Of a stretch of DNA of 64,000 bases, positions 40,616 to 54,200 are shown one piece after another. The stretch lies in assembly GCA_964016885.1 (NCBI GenBank), contig OZ024742.1:26536001-26600000 (forward strand), in the 5' to 3' direction. The DNA is from Eledone cirrhosa (Eukaryota). The notes under the pieces are model-generated. The model was not told where the DNA came from. It ran no database searches and worked only from the letters and a program-made list of their open reading frames with translations. The first letter of the stretch is position 1; each line of letters starts with the position of its first letter. A program made the position numbers and the translations under genes.

Positions 40616-40751
40616 AATATGGTTTTATAAATATAGTTTCCATTTATTAATATCGTATATCTACTCCAAAAACTTGTCGAGTGCTTTATATCAGTTATAA
40701 AAATATTTACTTGTTGTATCCCAACAACTTTAAATAGAACTTTTGCATATA

Positions 40752-40827
<76 letters not shown>

Positions 40828-40840
40828 CATATACATATAC

Positions 40841-40940
<100 letters not shown>

Positions 40941-40989
40941 ATATATACATATATATATATATATCTTGTGATTCTATAGACATGTTTTA

Positions 40990-41026
<37 letters not shown>

Positions 41027-41053
41027 GTAAATATATATATATACATATATATA

Positions 41054-41120
41054 TTTATAATGCGCATTTCAAAAACAAACATCATCATGCAATAATATTT
41101 GTGTTTTCATCAGATAAAAC
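41054..41120 (-). ncRNA. Hammerhead ribozyme family H4 (inverted arm)
   Basis: GUUUUAU-CUGAUGA-stem II-GAAA-UGCGC-AUU^AUAAA. Confidence 0.65.
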
Positions 41121-41976
41121 AGGAGGACATGATATGAAGGCTAAAAAACACTTGTGGATAGTGCAGTTTTAAATCAACATATGAAAAGTAATTTTAGATT
41201 GATGTGTGATATTGGGAAAATATTTTGTTTAGAGAGGGGGGTGGAAAGGATGAAAAAAAGGGGAGGAGATGAGAGTGAAGGTGGAGAGGGAGAGATGGGT
41301 GATAGAGAGAAAGAGATAGTTTTTATAACTGAGAAAAGATATATTGTTTTACATAGAGAGGTTGAAAACCGTTGGAAGATAATGTATAAATGAAAAGAAT
41401 TTGAAAATTAACGAAGGGAAAAATATGTACGAAGAAGGAGAGGGAGTTAATATGTATTTAGATTGAAAAGTTTGATGATAGAGAGAAAAGAATAAAGTAT
41501 TGCGGATGATTATTCTAACGTCAAAAAAAAAAAAAAAAAAAAAAAATTGTGTGTAAACAATTTTTTTTTTTTTGACTTTAGAATATTCATCCGCTATACA
41601 TTATTCTTTTCTCTCTATCATCAAACTTTTCAATCTCAATACATATTAACTCCCTCTCCTTCTTCGTACATATTTTTCCCTTCGTTAATTTTCAAATTCT
41701 TTTAATTTATACATTATCTTCCAACGGTTTTCAACCTCTCTATATAAAACAATATATCTTTTCTCAGTTATAAAAACTATCTCTTTCTCTCTATCACCCA
41801 CCTCTCCCTCTCCACCTTCACTCTCATCTCCTCCCCTTTTTTTCATCCTTTCCACCCCCCCTCTCTAAACAAAATATTTTCCCAATATCACACATCAATC
41901 TAAAATTACTTTTCATATGTTGATTTAAAACTGCACTATCCACAAGTGTTTTTTAGCCTTCATATCATGTCCTCCT

Positions 41977-42045
41977 GTTTTATCTGATGAAAACACAAAT
42001 ATTATTGCATGATGATGTTTGTTTTTGAAATGCGCATAATAAAAT
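41977..42045 (+). ncRNA. Hammerhead ribozyme family H4
   Basis: GUUUUAU-CUGAUGA-AAACACAAA..UGUUUGUUUUU-GAAA-UGCGC-AUA^AUAAAAU; palindromic stem III AUGCGCAU. Confidence 0.78.
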
Positions 42046-42227
42046 ACATGGAACACCTTTAACCATCTTTTGATCTTATATATTATGTATACTCCAGTCC
42101 TACAAACTGTAGAGTGCTTCTTATCCGATATCTGCATTGCTTTATTCTACTACAATAAAACTCACCTCCTACATATATATATTTATATATATATTTTTAT
42201 ATATATATATATATACATATATATATT

Positions 42228-42332
<105 letters not shown>

Positions 42333-42737
42333 GCCTCCCTAGTCAAGCTCCACTTAGGTTTTGATAACAGTCTGTCCTTGGCTTGGCACTGAACTAAAAG
42401 CCTGTTGAGAAAGTGACTTTCTTGTTCGATCATCATACCAAAAGCTAAACATTATTTGTCTAAGCAGACAGTACCTGATTTAGGAGTTGCAGAAACCCAA
42501 TGCTGGATTTTACCAACCTTCCAGGGATCCGGGTATAATTTTCAATCATATTTTATTTGTTTGACCCGAATTACTTGGTCGTTTCTATGGCTGTGCGGAT
42601 AATGGTTTCACCATCATCTCAGTGTGTTTGGCCTTTTAACTTATGTTGTTGCTCTAGTTCACTTGCTTCTATGGAGCGCTTGCCACACATCTCGGAAGTT
42701 GTTTTCCGCTAATTTCCAATAGGTAATTTATTATATT

Positions 42738-43305
<568 letters not shown>

Positions 43306-44317
43306 TGCAAACGCACACACAATAAGTTAAGAGACACTTCGTGTATGTCACACTTACAGTCACATTTAGCTTTGTAAAACATAAAACGTGTTCTTTTTAC
43401 TGTATATTATGTAGCCCTACCCCCACCACACACACATCTATATGTCTCCTCTATCTTTCTATCTATGTTTATAGATTAATATTCGGTAGTTTGAGGTGAT
43501 TTACCATCTACATCTGCCAAGTATTTATCTGGGTGTGGTCCAGCTTGATTTCTCATTCAGATATTAGCTACTAAGTATGTGCTAATATTCCATCATTGTA
43601 AGGAATCCAAAGAACGATGATTCCACTACATACATCATTTAACAATTTGATGGTTCAGCATTCACACGCCATTAAACACATCATTAACCTCTTGTCATGT
43701 ATCATTAAGAACATCTATGTAATTTTACACCTTCCTCTTATCTATTTAAAGTGTTACCTCCTTCACTCTTATCCGTCCGTTTTCTCTATAAAATCACCAT
43801 CGTCAACACAACCTCACTGCCTCATTGTCTCCGTGATATAATTATATACAAGAAACTTCTCATAACAATGGTACAAAAATATAAAAATAAAAGTTTGTCG
43901 TAGAGAGAAATGTAATATTACCAGATACAAATAGATTTATCTTCTCAATATTTGTAATGATAATTATTATCATATTAAATAGTACAAAATTATGGCTATG
44001 GGTATATTATTTATAACACGATGTTTATTATGTTATAAAAGTATCGACAAAAGTGTTAGATCTTACGTAGAATTCCTAAGAATAAATAGAATTGGTAGAG
44101 CTTTGGATATGTTGAATGTTGTAATGGCGCTGTTCATCTTTTATTGATTAATCTAACAATTGAAAAAAGTCAATAAAATAAGGTCTGGTCCCGTACTAAG
44201 TTTAAATCCCCACTAGGAGTATATCATAACTCAGTATATCTACTAATTAAATAACCAAAGGGATCATTTTAATCTCCGTAAAATCTCAGATGTGTTAGGA
44301 CGATGAATGTTAATTGC

Positions 44318-44404
<87 letters not shown>

Positions 44405-45014
44405 AATATATTGATAAGACCGTAAGCATATACATAGACGTATACCAGGTGCGAACTCAGAGGAGCCGTACTCATTGTCATCACCTCCATCTCTCTCGCC
44501 CTCCCCATCTCCCACTTTTTTTAGCAAATGGGGTCCCACGTGTTGGCTGCCTCACGGCCCCAGCGGACAGAATGGAGAAGGTGTTTCCTCGGGTGATAAT
44601 AAGGGAGATGCGGTGTTTGACAGGAATATATTAGAGTATTAATATTCTTTAGACACGTATAAATGTCATAATGTAGAAAATTTTAGAAACAGTTTAGGCC
44701 GAATTTGAAACATATTGGTATATTTGGTTGCATCCTTTTAACTCTGGGTCTCGTATTTTGCCCATGTTGAATTTGTATTTCGACTTTGCAAGAACAATAT
44801 AATAAAGGCCAGTTGGATATCGGTTCATATAATCAAATTTACCTTACAAAGTATTGCCGTAGCATGGGCAATTGCCAATGTTTGACAGAATGATGTGATG
44901 TAATGATTTGTGATTTTGACATTTAACATACGTGTACGTGGCGTGGTTATTAGACACTTGAATTCACAATCGTAAGGGTGTGAGTTAATTTTCTGCACAA
45001 TAGCAGACGACTGA

Positions 45015-45515
45015 AAATACCCCAGTATATGACTAGTACTATATTTTAACCACCATGGAAGGATGAAAGGTAAAATTGATCTCGGCAGAGTTTGAATTCA
45101 AAAGATAAAGAGCCGTAAAGATTTCTGTCCGAGGCTAATAAATGAAATTAATATTTCTAATACTGCCACAAGCCCAGCAATTGTAGGGTAAAAGCAAAGT
45201 TGAATAAACCGACCCCAGTTATTGACTGGTACTTTATGATATCTACCTTTAATCGATGAAAGGAAAAGTTGGCGTCGACAGTATTTGAACACAGAGCATA
45301 CAGAGCTTGAATTAAATAGCACCAAACATTTTCTCTATCGCAAATAAATAAAATTATCATTTATGATTCATGTACAGCGCCAACAGATATAGGAAAGAAA
45401 GTTGACTGAATGGATCCCAATGTGTTACTGGTACTTTATTTTATCGAGCCAGTGGGATGTGAACTCAAGAAATGAATGGAGGTAACTAAATAAGCAAAAC
45501 ATTTTTTCTGATGCT
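45015..45515 (-). mobile_element. Cluster of three degenerate tRNA-like SINE copies
   Basis: Recurring actggtactttatttt..cga..ggatgaaagg..gacctcggc..tttgaactca motif, as at 48258-48446. Confidence 0.65.
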
Positions 45516-46140
45516 AATAAATATAATAAGCTATACGACAAAAGCCCTTTACAAATAAATGTCAATCTTGTGGGGAATCGTTAAACTCCTTCGTGGGGCC
45601 AAGCTCAATGTGAGGTACATTTACATATATGAGAGATATGATAAGATATTAGGAAATGATGAGATTAGCAGCGTGGAATATTTGTTTCGCATCATTATTA
45701 ATAAATACTGAACAAACAAACGAAATATAAAATACTAAAATAAAATGTATATAATACATGTTGACATATAGCATCTCGATTTTTTAATAAATATTAGATA
45801 TGTATAGCATCAGTGTGTTTGTTGAGCATGTCATTGCATTGCTTTGTAACAGACGAGCGGAATTATGCCTTGCAGAAAAATGGAAATTAATAAAACTTTG
45901 TTGGTGATTTATATAGACATTGAGGCATACATATATACATATATACATGTATATGTGTATATATGTTTACATATATATACATACATTTACACACACACAC
46001 ATAAGTATGTATATGTGAGGCGTGGTGTACTGAGAAAGCGAGAATACAAAATGGGAGAGAGATAAAAAAAAGTGAATGAGAATTATAATATTCATATAAA
46101 TACGTACACACAAACACAGACACAGGCACACACACACACA

Positions 46141-46177
<37 letters not shown>

Positions 46178-46198
46178 ACACATAAGTATTGCCAAAAA

Positions 46199-46234
<36 letters not shown>

Positions 46235-47153
46235 ATATATTTGGTGTAGAAAATGGATTTTGCCCATGACTTTCGAAGGCCTTTCAAGATATGAAACATA
46301 GATGCACGCACAATTTATAGACGTCTTTGCAAAAAACAGTCGCTATATTAGTTTCCAGTTAAAACATATGTAAACTATGACTAATGCTATTATAATTTGT
46401 TATTTATGACACTTTCTTCAAGCTCTTTAAATACCCCCGGATGCAAGACATGTGATCAGTGTTATATACTTTCACTCCTGTATGATTGGATATCTGACAG
46501 CATTCACCCACATGAAAATGACCCAACCGAACTCGGTATCCCTTTCGAATTGTGTCTATGTGCCATTCAGACTCCACTGGTCAATTCTCACGCGTACACA
46601 TTAATTCATAGATACGCATACAAACATATACATGGATCAACATTCATTTATGAAATAAATCTAGTCGGTCACATGACTAGATTCCTTTTACTGTCCTCAG
46701 AAAAAGCGTATGAAGAAATTCGTTTGGAATAAATAAGCCTACTCCTAAGAGTGACTGGGGTTTCTCTGAATTTTTCTGATGCAGCTGTTAACTTTCATAT
46801 GCATCACATATCCATACCAATACAGTCTTCTTTCTTGTACACTACATTGAATTCCTCTTATACCTAACATGTATATAATAATGATATTGTCTAATTCCAG
46901 TATAGCACACTTCAAATCTCAAGGACTTGAACACATACATATTAAGGAAATAATTGTGATGTCAGGATGATCAAAATCTGTTGAAGCATTTGTTAATGTG
47001 AAATTTTAAAAATTACTCTACTTTAACTCTCTTACCTTCACCAACTTCCCCTACATCTTCACCTTATTTGTTATCAATGCTTGAGTTAACTCCACCTCAT
47101 ATGTTATCAATGCTTAAGTTCACTCCACCTCATTTCGGACAGTTTCAGCCAGC

Positions 47154-47323
47154 TTAACCCTTTAGCATTTAATCCGACCATAGCCAGCTAAAGTATTGTT
47201 CTCAAAATAAATAATATCAAAATCTCATAGATTCGATATTATGTGAGATAATTATGCGAGATAAAGCGTTTACCATGAAAACACAGTAGTAAATATAGAG
47301 TAATGCAAATGCTAATAGGTTAA
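47154..47323. mobile_element. TTAA-flanked MITE (piggyBac-like termini)
   Basis: TTAA-CCCTTTAGCATTT ... AAATGCTAATAGG-TTAA; related copies at 49914-50135 and 60773-60987. Confidence 0.7.
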
Positions 47324-47397
47324 ACCATTCACAATATCATCAACAAAAGTTGACTAAACTCAACAATCAGATATGTCTAATTTGAATATCTTCAACA

Positions 47398-47565
47398 ACC
47401 AGTTGGGATTCCAACAGCAGACATTATACATACAAGGACCAGTTGGGATTCCAACAACAGCAGACATCATATATAAAAGGATCAGTTGGGATTCCAACAG
47501 AGGACATCATATAGACAAGAACCAGTTGGGATTCCAACAGAAGACATCATATATGGAAGGACCAG
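47398..47565. repeat. Minisatellite, 40-43 bp x4
   Basis: accagttgggattccaacagNagacatcatatat..aagg units at 47398, 47438, 47481 and 47521. Confidence 0.9.
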
Positions 47566-48247
47566 AAATCAATTCAAAATCTGACATGGTTGTACTAATC
47601 CATGATCATCATTATTTTCCTTTCTTCTTTCTTATATATGTTTGTTTTCTCACTAAGATTTGTAAATAGAAAAGCTTCAATGGCTTAGTACTTGTTAATG
47701 TGCTCTGATCTTTGTTATAAAGGTTATAATTCTTGCTACAGATATTATCAGAGACAATGGAGTGTAAGCTACCATATCATGGGTCTTTTGGGTGATTATA
47801 TTTTGCCAGTGTGTGTAGTATCAAGTAATTTTATTTTGCTGAAATAATTATAATTTTATTCTGCATATCCAAATTGAAATGAATTCTAATTTTGAAAATA
47901 AAAATAATTGACTCAATAAAATTTCTCATTTGTATATTTATAATAAAAATAATACGGTAATACGGTAATAGTGAAGGGTTGTGTAAGGGTACTGTACACA
48001 GAAATCAAAACAATTCCAATTAAGTTGTATTTTAAATGTTTAACTTAAGTAGTCGAATATTTATATAAATATCAATCAATGAATATATGGAAGAAAACTT
48101 TATAATTTACTTGTACAAATGCTATAAGAATTCTCTCTTCATAAGTACCTATAAACACACACATATATAAATATATATATAATTTATATATATATATATA
48201 TATATAGTATACGGGGATCGGAATTAAGAGTATTGCGCAGTTCACAG

Positions 48248-48446
48248 TAATAATAATAATTGTTTCTACTTTTGGCACAAGGCCAGCATTTACCCAGTAC
48301 ATTACTGGTACTTTATTTTATCGACACCGTAAGGATGAAAGGCAAAGTTAACCTCGGCGGGATTTGAACTCAGACCGTAAAGGGACGTAACTCTATGCTG
48401 GAAAGCATGGCGTCCGACTCTCTACTGATACTGCCAATCCACCGCC
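48248..48446 (-). mobile_element. tRNA-like SINE with (ATT)n tail
   Basis: Minus strand starts ggcggtggattggcag, has B-box-like gagttcaaatcc and ends gctggccttgtgccaaaagtagaaacaattattattatt. Confidence 0.8.
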
Positions 48447-48657
48447 AGAATCAAGTCTCTGAAGTAGAGTTTTAAAACTCTACTTCAGAGATTTGATTCT
48501 GACTTAGTTTTTTTCTATTTAATTGCTAAACCTGTAGATATTGTTCTCTATACAGTAACGGAAAAACTCACTTGTAATAATTCTTTACACACATCTCACT
48601 GTGTAACACATTTCTCTTTGTGTAATATAGTTATATTTGTATATATATATTTATATT

Positions 48658-48699
<42 letters not shown>

Positions 48700-49218
48700 G
48701 GCTGACTAAAAACACTTGTTTTACACTTATCTTTTTATTTCATGTTTTATTTCTCATTCTATTTTCTGAAGGACTAGTCTCCGAAGAGTAAAGATTATTT
48801 TCCTACAATATCAAGCATTAAACGGTTAAACTAATATATTTCTTTATTGTAATGTGTTGGTTGCTTTGTTGTTTCTGTTAACTTTTTGCATAAATATCAA
48901 TTTGTTATTCAATTTAGCGAGACTGTTTTTGACATTCTAAAGGAACCAGACAAACTGAGATGGGTTACATACTGAAAATTATATTAATAAAGAAACAAGT
49001 CTCTATATGTCTCAGTTTATATCACTAAACATTTATAATTAGATATAGAGAGATTAAGTCACCTGGGTTGGTCTAGTTATATTATCAATATAATCACCTC
49101 TAGCACTATTTAGGTCCACCAGATAACAGAAATCTTCTACTACATTTAACAAGGCATCTCAGCAGTTCATGGAGGAGTTAGACATCTATGAACTATTGTT
49201 CTGATTCTTTGTTAACTC

Positions 49219-49754
49219 AGTCCATAGTGAAGATCAACCCGCCGCCTTCTTTTGTCCAGAAGGGCAGGCAGTTTTACTCTTTCTGGTGGCAATAGTGAAA
49301 GAGGTTGTATGGTGGACCAGGTTGAAAGGACTGAAGAGAGACACTTTTCTCTTCGGCCAATCCTTCATCAACCTTTTTAAGTTTCACTTAGAAGGAAGGT
49401 AAGGATGGAGAGAGAAGTGTCCCCCCCCCCCAGTACATTTGCTAAAAGGTAGGTGAATGTAGCGAGAATGACCCGTGTGAGAGGAGCTACTCTCATCATG
49501 CCTGTAGGTAGGGGAATTTGAGGAGAAGAGAGGTGTCCTTCCCAGGTGCTCTCAAAGCGTCGAGTGGTTCAGGATTGGTGGGGTACCTGAGTCAAACCTG
49601 GGTGGTTATCCCCCCTATTGGAGAATTTTCCTTGTATTTTTATTATTTTGTTATTGTTATTTATTTTGTTTACACCTTATATATGTAAAACCCCACTGTA
49701 CCTATCTTTTGTATTGTCCCCTACATGTCGGCCCTTGTGGCCAATAAATGAAAT
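49219..49754 (+). mobile_element. 3' fragment of a Tx1-B-like LINE
   Basis: Aligns to 20386-20952 (WWTRLKGLK, 3' UTR, AATAAATGAAAT); no (ATT)n follows. Confidence 0.9.
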
Positions 49755-49913
49755 ACCTGCACTGTATCTTTAATGTACACACTAATTGTACAAAGTACAG
49801 TGTTTAGTTTCTTCCAGTATTTTCTGCAGCTTCAATTCTCAGATGGTTTTAGGAATGGGGCTTTTTTTCCTGATTAGAACATTTTGACATTTATTCTTGT
49901 GACTTTCGATATG

Positions 49914-50135
49914 AACCTAGCATTTAATTCAGCTGTATCCAGTCAGATTTCTGTCACCTCTTTCTATTTAACCAGCTGTAACTGGCCACTCATATTGATG
50001 TTCAGTTATTGTTCTCAAAATAAATAATATCAATATCTCATAGACTCAATATTATATGAAATATTATGAGAGATAAAGCCCTTACAATGAAAATACAGTA
50101 GTAAATATAGAGTAATGTAAATACTAAAGAGTTAA
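49914..50135. mobile_element. MITE copy (family of 47154)
   Basis: Shared internal ttgttctcaaaataaataatatcaa..ctcataga.. and terminal aaatactaaagagttaa. Confidence 0.65.
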
Positions 50136-50239
50136 AGCAGATTGCTATTTCTCATTATTGACATGTCAGCATGAGTTAGATAGTCTTTTATCAGTACAAC
50201 CTCTCATGTTACATGCTGCTTCCATACTACCTTGTGTTA

Positions 50240-50520
50240 TACAGGTGTTTTCCAGCACCACTTCTCATGTATCTTCCAAGTTGGATTGGTTAGACAGGTG
50301 TTTTCCTGCTCAGCTTCTCATTATGCCAGGTGGTCCTTCCATACTGGCATAGTTAGACAGGTGTTCCCCTGTTCAGCTTCTCATTGTGTCATGTGGTCCT
50401 TCCACACTGGCATGGTTAGACAAGTCTTCAACAACACAGCATCTCATCATGTTAGGTGGTCCTACCATATTAGAGTGTTTAGACAGGTGTTTCCATGTTC
50501 AGAATCTCATCACCTCTCAT
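50240..50520. repeat. Degenerate 63-bp tandem repeat, ~4.5 units
   Basis: ttagaca(g/a)gt recurs near 50290, 50353, 50416 and 50479. Confidence 0.85.
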
Positions 50521-51223
50521 TGCATTTTATCATTTGATACACATGTATTTGTTTCTTTTTCATTAGAGTGCATCTCAGAAGTGAAAATTCCAAGTCATGC
50601 TAACTGAAAATGTTCCCTTTTTCCATGTTTGTTGGTTATTCAATTCTGTGTTGTCATCATCATTGTTCTTCACCTCCTCCTTCCCAATATCATCATTCTT
50701 TACATTTACTTTTTCCATGTTTGCATGTCTCAGAACAAGACATGTTACTGGTATTCTATGGCTGGATGCCCTTCTTGATAGAAACCTATAACTTAAATTT
50801 TAAGTATTAACTGCTGACTTATTATGGATGGTGTTCATATGTTTATTATGACTTGTGCATGCACACACACACATGCGCATACATATCTTCATCATTTAAC
50901 ATCCAATTTCTCTGCTAGCACCAACATTCAGAGTGACATCATGTCTGACAGCATTAGATAATCCACTCGACACTTTATTAGGCTAGTCTTCTTTGGGTTT
51001 TATAAATTTATATATATATATCGAATGTAGAAATGTAACACACGAGTTGATATATATGAAAACAAATAGTTCATAGGAAAAATATTCTTTCAGTAGAAAA
51101 TGTTGATTTTTTCAGTGAGATATCAAAACATTAAATTATTTACAATACCAGTTTCAGCATTATAAGCATTGTCAATTGCGGATATGCAGAATATTGTTAA
51201 GTTGCATATTTGTACAGATAGTG

Positions 51224-51292
<69 letters not shown>

Positions 51293-51295
<3 letters not shown>

Positions 51296-54200
51296 CGCAC
51301 GAGGTGACGGAGGTCATGAAATCGCTCCCGTAAGTTTTGAATTTTTAACATATTTAAATCATTTGTGAAATAACAACTCTTAGTACAAATGCTACGTAAA
51401 GCACCCGGCTTGAGCCCCCAAAAAATTCGGACCCAAAATATATTGTTATAAGGCTAAAATATTCAAATATTCAACTTTGTATTGTACACTGTATATCCAA
51501 AAAAAAATGGCTATAAATGGAAGAAGAGGAACCCCCCCCTCCTCTCCCCTGGCTACACTATATAGGACAGCTAAACTCACCAACACCAGAAACTAGATAC
51601 ACCACCCACCCCATCATCTGTGTACACTAAACACAACAGCATTTTCACCTTCACCGCCACCGCTCACTACGGCCATCATTACCACCACTATCCCATCACC
51701 GCCGCCAGCACCCCTTGACTCCTTCACTGCTGCTGCCACCGCTACAGCACCATCACTACAGTAATACGGCTCAAATATTCAAATATTCAACTTTGTATTG
51801 TACACTGTATATCCAAAAAAAAAAATAAAATGGCTATAAATGGAAGAAGAAGAACCCCCCCCCCCCTCCTCTCCTCTGGCTACACTATATAGGACAGCGA
51901 AACTCACCAACATCAGAAACTAGATACACCACCCACCCCATCATCTGTGTACACTAAACACAACAGCATTTTCACCTTCACCGCCACCGCTCACTACGGC
52001 CATCATTACCACCACTATCCCATCACCGCCGCCACCACCCCCTGACTCCTTCACTGCTGCTGCCACCGCTACAGCACCATCACTACAGTAATACGGTCGC
52101 ATCACCGCCACCACTGCCTCGGTATCGACATCACCACCACCACTGTCTCAGTATCGCCAACGCCGCCAATCTCTGCTGGCTACCACTTCCACATTATAGA
52201 ATTCCAACTACTAACAAAGAGGAAGGCATCAAAATATATAGATAGACTCAAAAGAAAAAAGAAAAAACAAACAACAAAAGCAGCACAGCAACAACAGTAA
52301 AAAACGAGAAAAACAGAGAAAAACAAAAACAAAAAAAGAAACCCCAAAAACGTAAAGAAAATAAGAATGAAGAGAGAAGCAGGCGGACGGACAGAGAAGA
52401 GGGGGGAAAAAGTAAAACTTAAAAAACAAAAACTAAGTCAGACATTCGAATACTACATTACAATGAAACTTATGCTTATTCATTTTTGGGGCCCTTTCTG
52501 CCCGTGTGTTTGTTTGTTTATGTGTGTCCGTATACAGCGTGGTGATAATGCCACACAAGGGCCAAGTGGGATGGCGGATCCACAGATGGCTATGTAAACA
52601 TACATTCGCCAATCCTCGATAAGAGTGTTTAAATATCGAACATAAACAGTTCGAATAACGGTGAAATGGAGACTAGAACGTCATGTGACAGACTCTCACC
52701 CAACAGGTGCCCCCTGGCTCAGCAGCAGGAACCTGACTGTCAACCAAATACTGCTGATGTTGGAGGAAGAAGAAGAAGGAAAGGGGCCAGAACCAACTGG
52801 ACGAAAGAATTGAATAGAACTGTTATGCAATGCTACCTGAAAAGTAACCCCAAGGAGAGGGGCTACAGGAGACGGATGCATAACATCTGGAACGAGATTG
52901 GTTTATTTAAATTAGATGAACAAAAATTGGCAGGGCAGGCTCGGGTAATAAGAACTAATGGGTGGATAAGCGAGCTGGAACTGGAGGAACTGAGCAGAGA
53001 GAATGGCTTGGAGATGGCGGGTGTAGTATGCCAGACAAGCGAGCCGGCGGGAAATGAAGGTGAGGAGGTCCTGAGAACGGAGGAACCACCCGAAGCAGAC
53101 AATGATCTGAATACTGAGATAAATAATACCTGGAACAGAGATACGGCCACTGAGGGGATGAATGCTGACGGGCTAGGACAAGATTCGGTTGACATCCTAA
53201 ATTTAGTGGTAGATGAGTTGAACAATGATAGTGGGAGACCTATGAACCTAAGATTTGTAGACAGGAAAAAGTTAAAAGAAACAACAGCTAAGGTAAACAA
53301 AGTCATCCCATACCTTGAGGCGAGGAGTCTTCACCAGTGCAACAATATCCTCAAAGCAACAGCAAATACGGTGAGGAAACTACTTGGTATAAAAGCGAGA
53401 GGAAACAACAGACAAGAAAGAGCAGAGCCGTGGTGGAGGAAGCGACTGAGTGGTCAAATCGGGGAAATGAGAAATGACATAGGAAAGCTTGAGTCACTAC
53501 TGAATGGGACACTAAAAAACATAGGCACTAAAAATAGACTGGAAATAAAATACAAAACTAGGAGTAAAAAGCTAAATATTATCATAGAGGAATTGAAGCA
53601 ACGCATTGTAGCAAAGAGTGCCAAAATCAGGCGATACGAGAACAGAGTCAGTCAGTATAAACAGAACCGCATGTTCGACAACAACCAGAAGATGCTGTTT
53701 GGACAGCTTGAGGGGAAAGAAAGAGGCAACGACTTGATCCCTGGGGCGGAACAAGCTAAAACATTCTGGAGAGGAATATGGGAGCAGGATGTTAGACACA
53801 ATGCCCAGGCGGGGTGGATTGAGACAGTACAGATGGAGATCGGTGAGCAGGCACAGCAACAGACTGATTTGAGTATCACAGTTGAAACTCTTAAGGGGCA
53901 AGCCAAAAAACTAACCAACTGGAAATCACCAGGCCCAGATGGTGTGCAGGGGTATTGGATTAAACATTTAACATCCCTCCACCCGAAGCTGACGGCCATG
54001 TTCAATGACTGCTTGGTGTCGGGTGAGGTGCCAGAGTGGTTGACAAAAGGTACCACAGTTCTGATAATGAAAGACCGAATCAAGGGTAATGATGTCACCA
54101 ACTATAGACCTATCACATGTCTGCCCGTAATGTGGAAACTGTTGACGAGCATTGTGTCTGAGGAAATCTACCATCACCTCCACACAAACAACTTGTTGCC

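Larger units (their letters stand above)
38798..40745 (+). mobile_element. Internally deleted Naiad-type PLE remnant with inverted pseudo-LTR segment
   Basis: GIY-YIG remnant YTGSTSTEFKFRFNNHKNSF..STSLS..WDLK..CDHC.EE..CRH at ~39020-39322; 38798-38960 inverted at 40495-40660; flanked by (TA)n. Confidence 0.82.
41054..42172 (+). mobile_element. Solo PLE pseudo-LTR arranged as a ~1 kb palindrome
   Basis: 41060-41550 is the reverse complement of ~41557-42037; each arm carries a hammerhead; terminus resembles 40650-40745; (TA)n on both sides. Confidence 0.8.

Noticed and set aside
47398-47565. Palindromic GTTGG-GATT-CCAAC repeats resembling a CRISPR array
   Set aside because: Intervening sequences are homologous to each other, there are no cas genes and the context is eukaryotic: a minisatellite.
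47730-47770. Micro-exon-like cag/ATATTATCAGAGACAATGGAGT/gtaag as a second eIF2B-beta exon
   Set aside because: Too short; similarity not distinguishable from chance.
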